DNA from: the human T2T-CHM13v2.0 reference genome, Homo sapiens
DNA: 64,000 nt
NCBI RefSeq assembly: GCF_009914755.1
Contig: NC_060927.1
Direction: 5' to 3' (one strand)
Under the pieces are notes generated by a model, which was not told the origin of the DNA, searched no databases, and worked only from the letters and a program-made list of their open reading frames with translations. Both the position numbers and the translations under genes were made by a program. Below, in pieces: positions 53,510 through 64,000 of the stretch. The first letter of the stretch is position 1. Every line of letters begins with the position of its first letter.

Positions 53510-56500
53510 GGCCTACAGTAAGAAAGGAAATATCTTCACCTAAAAACTAGACAGAAGTATTGTCAGAAACTTATTTGTGATATTTGCATTCAACGCACGG
53601 AGTTGAACATTCCTCTTGATGGAGCCGTTTTGAAGCACTCTTTTTGTGGAATCTGCAAGTGGATATTTGGACCTCTTTGTGGCCTTCGTGGGAAACGTGA
53701 TTTCTTCATTTACAACTAGACAGAAGAATTCTCAGAAACTTCTTTGTGATGTGTACTTTCAACTCACAGATTTGAAGCTTCCTTTCAATAGAGCACTTTT
53801 GAAACTCAGTTTCTGTAGAATTTCCAGGTGGATATTTAGCGCCGTTTGAGGCCTATGGTGGAAAAGGCAATATCTTCGTAGAAAAACTAGACAGAATGAT
53901 TCTCAGAAACAACTTTGTGATGTGTGCGTTCAACTCACGGAGTTTAACCTTTCTTTTGATAGACCAGTTATGAAACACTCTTTTTGTAGAATCTGCAAGT
54001 AAATATTTGGACTTTTTTGAGGCCTTCATTGGAAACGGGATCTCTTCATATAAACCTTGACAGAAGAATTCCCAGAAACTTCTCTGTGATGTGTGCATTT
54101 AACTCTCAGAGTTCAACTTTCCCTTTGATAGAAGAGGGTTGAAATATTCTTTTTGTAGAATTTCCAAGTGAATATTTAGAGCGGTTTCAGGCCTAAGTAG
54201 AAGAGAAAATATCTTCACAGAAAAACTAGACATAATTGTTCTCTGAAGCTACTTTGTGATGTGCTCATTCAGCTTACAGAGTTTAACCTTTCTTTGGATC
54301 GAGCGGTTTTAAACACTCTTTTTGTGGAATTTGCAATTCTATATTTAGAGTGCTTTCAGGCCTGTGGTACAAAAGGGAATGTCCTCACATAAAATCTAGA
54401 CAGAAGCATTGTCGGAAACTACTTTGTGATACCTGCCTTCAACTCTCAGAGTTGAATGTTCCTCTTGATGGAGCAGTTTTGAAAAACTCTTTTTGTTGAA
54501 TCTCCAAGTGGATATTTGGACCTCTTTGTGGCCTTCGTTTGAGACGTGACTTCTTCATACAAATGTAGACAGAAGAATTCTCATCAACTTCTTCGTGATG
54601 TGTGCTTTCAACTCGCAGCGTTGAAGCTTCCTTTCGATAGAGCAGTTCTGTAACTCTCTTTTTGTAGAATTTCCAAGTGGATATTTAGCGCCGTTAGAGG
54701 CCAATGGTGGAAAAGGCAATATCTTCATAGAAAAACTAGACAGAATGATTCTCAGAAACTACTTTGTGATGTGTGCCTTCAACTCACAGAGTTTAACCTT
54801 TCTTTTGATAGAGCAGTTTTGAAAAACTCTTTTTGTAGAATCTGCAAGTGTATATTGGGACTTTTCTGAGGCCATCTTTGGAAACGGGATTTCTTCAGAT
54901 AAAACTTGAAAGAAGATTCCTCAGAAAATTATTTGTGATATGTGCATTGAACTCATGGAGTTGAAACTTCCTTTCGATAGAAGAGTTTTGAAATACTCTT
55001 TTTGTAGAATTCCCAAGTGGATTTTTACAGCGGTTTGAGGTCTATGGCAGCAAAAGAAATATCTTCACAGAAAAACTAGGCAGATTCATTCTCCGAAGCT
55101 GTTTTGTGATGCTTGCATTCAGCTGACAGAGTTTAAACTTCCTTTGATAGAGCAGTTTGGAAACACTCTTTTTGTGGAATTTGCAAGTGTATATTTAGAG
55201 CGTTTTGAGGCCTACAGTAGGAAAGGAAATATCTTCACCTAAAAACTAGACAGAAGTATTGTCAGAAACTTATTTGTGATATTTGCATTCAACGCACGGA
55301 GTTGAACATTCCTCTTGATGGAGCCGTTTTGAAGCACTCTTTTTGTGGAATCTGCAAGTGGATATTTGGACCTCTTTGTGGCCTTCGTGGGAAACGTGAT
55401 TTCTTCATTTACAACTAGACAGAAGAATTCTCAGAAACTTCTTTGTGATGTGTACTTTCAACTCACAGAGTTGAAGCTTCCTTTCAATAGAGCACTTTTG
55501 AAACTCAGTTTCTGTAGAATTTCCAGGTGGATATTTAGCGCCGTTTGAGGCCTATGGTGGAAAAGGCAATATCTTCGTAGAAAAACTAGACAGAATGATT
55601 CTCAGAAACAACTTTGTGATGTGTGCGTTCAACTCACGGAGTTTAACCTTTCTTTTGATAGACCAGTTATGAAACACACTTTTTGTAGAATCTGCAAGTA
55701 AATATTTGGACTTTTTTGAGGCCTTCATTGGAAACGGGATCTCCTCATATAAACCTTGACAGAAGAATTCCCAGAAACTTCTCTGTGATGTGTGCATTTA
55801 ACTCTCAGAGTTCAACCTTCCTTTTGATAGAAGAGGGTTGAAATTTTCTTTTTGTAGAATTTCCAAGTGAATATTTAGAACGGTTTCAGGCCTAAGTAGA
55901 AGAGAAAATTTCTTCACAGAAAAACTAGATATAATTGTTCTCTGAAGCTACTTTGTGATGTGCGCATTCATCTTACAGAGTTTAACCTTTCTTTGGATCG
56001 AGCGGTTTTAAACACTCTTTTTGTGGAATTTGCAATTCTATATTTAGAGTGCTTTCAGGCCTGTGGTACAAAAGGGAATGTCCTCACATAAAATCTAGAC
56101 AGAAGCATTGTCGGAAACTACTTTGTGATAACTGCCTTCAACTCTCAGAGTTGAATATTCCTCTTGATGGAGCAGTTTTGAAAAACTCTTTTTGTTGAAT
56201 CTCCAAGTGGATATTTGGACGTCTTTGTGACCTTCGTTTGAGACGTGACTTCTTCATACAAAACTAGAGAGAAGAATTCTCATAAACTTCTTCGTGATGT
56301 GTGCTTTCAACTCGCAGCGTTGAAGCTTCCTTTCGATAGAGCAGTTCTGTAAATCTCTTATTGTAGAATTTCCAAGTGGATATTTAGCGCCGTTTGAGGC
56401 CTATGGTGGAAAAGGCAATATCTTCATAGAAAAACTAGACAGAATGATTCTCAGAAACTACTTTGTGATGTGTGCCTTCAACTCACAGAGTTTAACCTTT

Positions 56501-59500
56501 CTTTTGATAGAGCAGTTTTGAAAAACTCTTTTTGTAGAATCTGCAAGTGTATATTGGGACTTTTCTGAGGCCATCTTTGGAAACGGGATTTCTTCAGATA
56601 AAACTTGAAAGAAGAATCCTCAGAAAATTATTTGTGATATGTGCATTGAACTCATGGAGTTGAAACTTCCTTTCGATAGAAGAGTTTTGAAATACTCTTT
56701 TTGTAGAATTTCCAAGTGGATTTTTACAGCGGTTTGAGGTCTATGGCAGCAAAAGGAATATCTTCACAGAAAAACTAGGCAGATTCATTCTCCGAAGCTG
56801 TTTTGTGATGCTTGCATTCAGCTGACAGAGTTTAAACTTCCTTTGATAGAGCAGTTTTGAAACACTCTTTTTGTGGAATTTGCAAGTGTATATTTAGAGC
56901 GTTTTGAGGCCTACAGTAGGAAAGGAAATATCTTCACCTAAAAACTAGACAGAAGTATTGTCAGAAACTTATTTGTGATATTTGCATTCAACGTACAGAG
57001 TTGAACATTCCTCTTGATGGAGCCGTTTTGAAGCACTCTTTTTGTGGAATCTGCAAGTGGATATTCGGACCTCTTTGTGGCCTTCGTGGGAAACGTGATT
57101 TCTTCATTTACAACTAGACAGAAGAATTCTCAGAAACTTCTTTGTGATGTGTACTTTCAACTCACAGAGTTGAAGCTTCCTTTCAATAGAGCACTTTTGA
57201 AACTCAGTTTCTGTAGAATTTCCAGGTGGATATTTAGCGCCGTTTGAGGAATATGGTGGAAAAGGCAATATCTTCGTAGAAAAACTAGACAGAATGATTC
57301 TCAGAAACAACTTTGTGATGTGTGCATTCAACTCACGGAGTTTAACCTTTCTTTTGATAGACCAGTTATGAAACACTCTTTTTGTGGAATCTGCAAGTAA
57401 ATATTTGGACATTTTTTGAGGCCTTCATTGGAAACGGGATCTCTTCATATAAACCTTGACAGAAGAATTCCCAGAAACTTCTCTGTGATGTGTGCATTTA
57501 ACTCTCAGAGTTCAACCTTCCCTTTGATAGAAGAGGGTTGAAATATTCTTTTTGTAGAATTTCCAAGTGAATATTTAGAGCGGTTTCAGGCCTAAGTAGA
57601 AGAGAAAATATCTTCACAGAAAAACTAGACATAATTGTTCTCTGAAGCTACTTTGTGATGTGCGCATTCAGCTTACAGAGTTTAACCTTTCTTTGGATCG
57701 AGCGGTTTTAAACACTCTTTTTGTGGAATTTGCAGTTCTATATTTAGAGTGCTTTCAGGCCTGTGGTACAAAAGGGAATGTCCTCACATAAAATCTAGAC
57801 AGAAGCATTGTCGGAAACTACTTTGTGATACCTGCCTTCAACTCTCAGAGTTGAATGTTCCTCTTGATGGAGCAGTTTTGAAAAACTCTTTTTGTTGAAT
57901 CTCCAAGTGGATATTTGGACCTCTTTGTGGCCTTCGTTTGAGACGTGACTTCTTCATACAAAAGTAGACAGAAGAATTCTCATCAACTTCTTCGTGATGT
58001 GTGCTTTCAACTCGCAGCGTTGAAGCTTCCTTTCGATAGAGCAGTTCTGTAACTCTCTTTTTGTAGAATTTCCAAGTGGATATTTAGCGCCGTTTGAGGC
58101 CAATGGTGGAAAAGGCAATATCTTCATAGAAAAACTAGATAGAATGATTCTCAGAAACTACTTTGTGATGTGTGCCTTCAACTCACAGAGTTTAACCTTT
58201 CTTTTGATAGAGCAGTTTTGAAAAACTCTTTTTGTAGAATCTGCAAGTGTATATTGGGACTTTTCTGAGGCCATCTTTGGAAACGGGATTTCTTCATATA
58301 AAACTTGAAAGAAGAATCCTCAGAAAATTATTTGTGATATGTGCATTTAACTCATGGAGTTGAAACTTCCTTTCGATAGAAGAGTTTTGAAATACTCTTT
58401 TTGTAGAATTCCCAAGTGGATTTTTACAGCGGTTTGAGGTCTATGGCAGCAAAAGAAATATCTTCACAGAAAAACTAGGCAGATTCATTCTCCGAAGCTG
58501 TTTTGTGATGTTTGCATTCAGCTGACAGAGTTTAAACTTCCTTTGATAGAGCAGTTTTGAAACACTCTTTTTGTGGAATTTGCAAGTGTATATTTAGAGC
58601 GCTTTGAGGCCTACAGTAGGAAAGGAAATATCTTCACCTAAAAACTAGACAGAAGTATTGTCAGAAACTTATTTGTGATATTTGCATTCAACGCACGGAG
58701 TTGAACATTCCTCTTGATGGAGCCGTTTTGAAGCACTCTTTTTGTGGAATCTGCAAGTGGATATTTGGACCTCTTTGTGGCCTTCGTGGGAAACGTGATT
58801 TCTTCATTTACAACTAGACAGAAGAATTCTCAGAAACTTCTTTGTGATGTGTACTTTCAACTCACAGATTTGAAGCTTCCTTTCAATAGAGCACTTTTGA
58901 AACTCAGTTTCTGTAGAATTTCCAGGTGGATATTTAGCGCCGTTTGAGGCCTATGGTGGAAAAGGCAATATCTTCGTAGAAAAACTAGACAGAATGATTC
59001 TCAGAAACAACTTTGTGATGTGTGCGTTCAACTCACGGAGTTTAACCTTTCTTTTGATAGACCAGTTATGAAACACTCTTTTTGTAGAATCTGCAAGTAA
59101 ATATTTGGACTTTTTTGAGGCCTTCATTGGAAACGGGATCTCTTCATATAAACCTTGACAGAAGAATTCCCAGAAACTTCTCTGTGATGTGTGCATTTAA
59201 CTCTCAGAGTTCAACTTTCCCTTTGATAGAAGAGGGTTGAAATATTCTTTTTGTAGAATTTCCAAGTGAATATTTAGAGCGGTTTCAGGCCTAAGTAGAA
59301 GAGAAAATATCTTCACAGAAAAACTAGACATAATTGTTCTCTGAAGCTACTTTGTGATGTGCTCATTCAGCTTACAGAGTTTAACCTTTCTTTGGATCGA
59401 GCGGTTTTAAACACTCTTTTTGTGGAATTTGCAATTCTATATTTAGAGTGCTTTCAGGCCTGTGGTACAAAAGGGAATGTCCTCACATAAAATCTAGACA

Positions 59501-62500
59501 GAAGCATTGTCGGAAACTACTTTGTGATACCTGCCTTCAACTCTCAGAGTTGAATGTTCCTCTTGATGGAGCAGTTTTGAAAAACTCTTTTTGTTGAATC
59601 TCCAAGTAGATATTTGGACCTCTTTGTGGCCTTCGTTTGAGACGTGACTTCTTCATACAAAAGTAGACAGAAGAATTCTCATCAACTTCTTCGTGATGTG
59701 TGCTTTCAACTCGCAGCGTTGAAGCTTCCTTTCGATAGAGCAGTTCTGTAACTCTCTTTTTGTAGAATTTCCAAGTGGATATTTAGCGCCGTTTGAGGCC
59801 AATGGTGGAAAAGGCAATATCTTCATAGAAAAACTAGACAGAATGATTCTCAGAAACTACTTTGTGATGTGTGCCTTCAACTCACAGAGTTTAACTTTCT
59901 TTTGATAGAGCAGTTTTGAAAAACTCTTTTTGTAGAATCTGCAAGTGTATATTGGGACTTTTCTGAGGCCATCTTTGGAAACGGGATTTCTTCATATAAA
60001 ACTTGAAAGAAGAATCCTCAGAAAATTATTTGTGATATGTGCATTTAACTCATGGAGTTGAAACTTCCTTTCGATAGAAGAGTTTTGAAATACTCTTTTT
60101 GTAGAATTCCCAAGTGGATTTTTACAGCGGTTTGAGGTCTATGGCAGCAAAAGAAATATCTTCACAGAAAAACTAGGCAGATTCATTCTCCGAAGCTGTT
60201 TTGTGATGCTTGCATTCAGCTGACAGAGTTTAAACTTCCTTTGATAGAGCAGTTTGGAAACACTCTTTTTGTGGAATTTGCAAGTGTATATTTAGAGCGT
60301 TTTGAGGCCTACAGTAGGAAAGGAAATATCTTCACCTAAAAACTAGACAGAAGTATTGTCAGAAACTTATTTGTGATATTTGCATTCAACGCACGGAGTT
60401 GAACATTCCTCTTGATGGAGCCGTTTTGAAGCACTCTTTTTGTGGAATCTGCAAGTGGATATTTGGACCTCTTTGTGGCCTTCGTGTGAAACGTGATTTC
60501 TTCATTTACAACTAGACAGAAGAATTCTCAGAAACTTCTTTGTGATGTGTACTTTCAACTCACAGAGTTGAAGCTTCCTTTCAATAGAGCACTTTTGAAA
60601 CTCAGTTTCTGTAGAATTTCCAGGTGGATATTTAGCGCCGTTTGAGGCCTATGGTGGAAAAGGCAATATCTTCGTAGAAAAACTAGACAGAATGATTCTC
60701 AGAAACAACTTTGTGATGTGTGCGTTCAACTCACGGAGTTTAACCTTTCTTTTGATAGACCAGTTATGAAACACTCTTTTTGTAGAATCTGCAAGTAAAT
60801 ATTTGGACTTTTTTGAGGCCTTCATTGGAAACGGGATCTCTTCATATAAACCTTGACAGAAGAATTCCCAGAAACTTCTCTGTGATGTGTGCATTTAACT
60901 CTCAGAGTTCAACCTTCCTTTTGATAGAAGAGGGTTGAAATATTCATTTGTAGAATTTCCAAGTGAATATTTAGAGCGGTTTCAGGCCTAAGTAGAAGAG
61001 AAAATATCTTCACAGAAAAACTAGACATAATTGTTCTCTGAAGCTACTTTGTGATGTGCGCATTCAGCTTACAGAGTTTAACCTTTCTTTGGATCGAGCT
61101 GTTTTAAACACTCTTTTTGTGGAATTTGCAATTCTATATTTAGAGTGCTTTCAGGCCTGTGGTACAAAAGGGAATGTCCTCACATAAAATCTAGACAGAA
61201 GCATTGTCAGAAACTACTTTGTGTTACCTGCCTTCAACTCTCAGAGTTGAATGTTCCTCTTGATGGAGCAGTTTTGAAAAACTCTTTTTGTTGAATCTCC
61301 AAGTGGATATTTGGACCTCTTTGTGGCCTTCGTTTGAGACGTGACTTCTTCATACAAAAGTAGACAGAAGAATTCTCATCAACTTCTTCGTGATGTGTGC
61401 TTTCAACTCGCAGCGTTGAAGCTTCCTTTCGATAGAGCAGTTCTGTAACTCTCTTTTTGTAGAATTTCCAAGTGGATATTTAGCGCCGTTTGAGGCCAAT
61501 GGTGGAAAAGGCAATATCTTCATAGAAAAACTAGATAGAATGATTCTCAGAAACTACTTTGTGATGTGTGCCTTCAACTCACAGAGTTTAACCTTTCTTT
61601 TGATAGAGCAGTTTTGAAAAACTCTTTTTGTAGAATCTGCAAGTGTATATTGGGACTTTTCTGAGGCCATCTTTGGAAACGGGATTTCTTCATATAAAAC
61701 TTGAAAGAAGAATCCTCAGAAAATTATTTGTGATATGTGCATTTAACTCATGGAGTTGAAACTTCCTTTCGATAGAAGAGTTTTGAAATACTCTTTTTGT
61801 AGAATTCCCAAGTGGATTTTTACAGCGGTTTGAGGTCTATGGCAGCAAAAGAAATATCTTCACAGAAAAACTAGGCAGATTCATTCTCCGAAGCTGTTTT
61901 GTGATGTTTGCATTCAGCTGACAGAGTTTAAACTTCCTTTGATAGAGCAGTTTTGAAACACTCTTTTTGTGGAATTTGCAAGTGTATATTTAGAGCGCTT
62001 TGAGGCCTACAGTAGGAAAGGAAATATCTTCACCTAAAAACTAGACAGAAGTATTGTCAGAAACTTATTTGTGATATTTGCATTCAACGCACGGAGTTGA
62101 ACATTCCTCTTGATGGAGCCGTTTTGAAGCACTCTTTTTGTGGAATCTGCAAGTGGATATTTGGACCTCTTTGTGGCCTTCGTGGGAAACGTGATTTCTT
62201 CATTTACAACTAGACAGAAGAATTCTCAGAAACTTCTTTGTGATGTGTACTTTCAACTCACAGATTTGAAGCTTCCTTTCAATAGAGCACTTTTGAAACT
62301 CAGTTTCTGTAGAATTTCCAGGTGGATATTTAGCGCCGTTTGAGGCCTATGGTGGAAAAGGCAATATCTTCGTAGAAAAACTAGACAGAATGATTCTCAG
62401 AAACAACTTTGTGATGTGTGCGATCAACTCACGGAGTTTAACCTTTCTTTTGATAGACCAGTTATGAAACACTCTTTTTGTAGAATCTGCAAGTAAATAT

Positions 62501-64000
62501 TTGGACTTTTTTGAGGCCTTCATTGGAAACGGGATCTCTTCATATAAACCTTGACAGAAGAATTCCCAGAAACTTCTCTGTGATGTGTGCATTTAACTCT
62601 CAGAGTTCAACCTTCCTTTTGATAGAAGAGGGTTGAAATATTCTTTTTGTAGAATTTCCAAGTGAATACTTAGAGCGGTTTCAGGCCTAAGTAGAAGAGA
62701 AAATATCTTCACAGAAAAACTAGACATAATTGTTTTCTGAAGCTACTTTGTGATGTGCGCATTCAGCTTACAGAGTTTAACCTTTCTTTGGATCGAGCGG
62801 TTTTAAACACTCTTTTTGTGGAATTTGCAATTCTATATTTAGAGTGCTTTCAGGCCTGTGGTACAAAAGGGAATGTCCTCACATAAAATCTAGACGGAAG
62901 CATTGTCGGAAACTACTTTGTGATACCTGCCTTCAACTCTCAGAGTTGAATGTTCCTCTTGATGGAGCAGTTTTGAAAAACTCTTTTTGTTGAATCTCCA
63001 AGTGGATATTTGGACCTCTTTGTGGCCTTCGTTTGAGACGTGACTTCTTCATACAAAAGTAGACAGAAGAATTCTCATCAACTTCTTCGTGATGTGTGCT
63101 TTCAACTCGCAGCGTTGAAGCTTCCTTTCGATAGAGCAGTTCTGTAACTCTCTTTTTGTAGAATTTCCAAGTGGATATTTAGCGCCGTTTGAGGCCAATG
63201 GTGGAAAAGGCAATATCTTCATAGAAAAACTAGACAGAATGATTCTCAGAAACTACTTTGTGATGTGTGCCTTCAACTCACAGAGTTTAACCTTTCTTTT
63301 GATAGAGCAGTTTTGAAAAACTCTTTTTGTAGAATCTGCAAGTGTATATTGGGACTTTTCTGAGGCCATCTTTGGAAACGGGATTTCTTCATATAAAACT
63401 TGAAAGAAGAATCCTCAGAAAATTATTTGTGATATGTGCATTTAACTCATGGAGTTGAAACTTCCTTTCGATAGAAGAGTTTTGAAATACTCTTTTTGTA
63501 GAATTCCCAAGTGGATTTTTACAGCGGTTTGAGGTCTATGGCAGCAAAAGAAATATCTTCACAGAAAAACTAGGCAGATTCATTCTCCGAAGCTGTTTTG
63601 TGATGCTTGCATTCAGCTGACAGAGTTTAAACTTCCTTTGATAGAGCAGTTTGGAAACACTCTTTTTGTTGGATTTGCAAGTGTATATTTAGAGCGTTTT
63701 GAGGCCTACAGTAGGAAAGGAAATATCTTCACCTAAAAACTAGACAGAAGTATTGTCAGAAACTTATTTGTGATATTTGCATTCAACGCACGGAGTTGAA
63801 CATTCCTCTTGATGGAGCCGTTTTGAAGCACTCTTTTTGTGGAATCTGCAAGTGGATATTTGGACCTCTTTGTGGCCTTCGTGTGAAACGTGATTTCTTC
63901 ATTTACAACTAGACAGAAGAATTCTCAGAAACTTCTTGTGATGTGTACTTTCAACTCACAGAGTTGAAGCTTCCTTTCAATAGAGCACTTTTGAAACTCA

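Larger units (their letters stand above)
1..64000 (+). repeat. Alpha satellite higher-order repeat array, 10-mer unit of ~1699 bp; 37 full copies, one 5-mer variant and a partial copy
   Basis: Alphoid motifs recur every ~170 bp (aaaactagacagaag, attctcagaaact, tttgtgatgtgtg, ttcaactcacagagtt, ctctttttgtagaat). The marker ggcctacagtaggaaagg recurs at 1, 1700, 3398, 5097 ... 50961, 52660, 53510 ... 62004, 63703. The same 81-aa pseudo-ORF repeats every 1698-1700 bp. No non-alphoid sequence or strand switch was seen. Confidence 0.99.

Noticed and set aside
57245-57420. Isolated indels and double changes (gaggaatatgg, ggacattttttg; also ~2985, ~35649, ~49255, ~59895, ~60946, ~63936)
   Set aside because: These are single-copy 1-bp events, often next to homopolymers, and cannot be distinguished from ordinary mutation or consensus error.
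1836-62343. Recurrent 67-aa plus-strand ORF (MESASGYLDL...) and the 90-102 aa ORFs
   Set aside because: The 67-aa ORF has a GTG start, and its presence depends on single satellite SNVs (e.g. gggaaa versus gtgaaa creating a TGA). The longer ones arise from private SNVs or indels. Database proteins resembling these are typically satellite mistranslations.
344-62592. Recurrent 81-aa minus-strand ORF (MHTSQRSFWEFF...)
   Set aside because: It is a chance open frame across alpha monomers m3-m4 and repeats only because the DNA repeats. There is no recognisable domain, and it is broken in some copies (~27.5 kb stop, ~57.4 kb frameshift).
1-64000. CRISPR-like or prokaryotic repeat-spacer system
   Set aside because: There are no unique spacers and no cas or other genes; the whole unit repeats tandemly.
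1-64000. L1/Alu insertion, inversion or other satellite junction
   Set aside because: The period is continuous at 1698-1700 bp apart from the 850-bp variant, which leaves no room for an insert. All marker motifs stay on the same strand.

Overview
The whole window is primate (very probably human) centromeric alpha satellite. It is an uninterrupted, single-orientation higher-order repeat (HOR) array of ~170-bp monomers with a 10-monomer unit of 1698-1700 bp. I count 37 full 10-mer copies, one truncated 5-mer copy (52660-53509) and a partial copy at the end. The 10-mer is a dimer of two diverged pentamers (849 + 850 bp) with box pattern A-B-A-B-A / A-B-A-B-A. All four B-type sites are degenerate, and I saw no canonical CENP-B box, which suggests an inactive, non-kinetochore HOR. 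SF1/SF01-like monomer signatures fit the chromosome 3 10-mer HOR (S01C3H2/D3-2), but that assignment is tentative recall, not a search result. There are no credible genes, transposons, RNA genes or inversions; the listed ORFs are chance frames repeated with the satellite. I found no new coding system. The informative signal is array evolution: an out-of-register pentamer recombination, two alternating haplotype domains, local and long-range copy relationships, and mosaic HOR copies. Variant calls were made by eye and need alignment to confirm.
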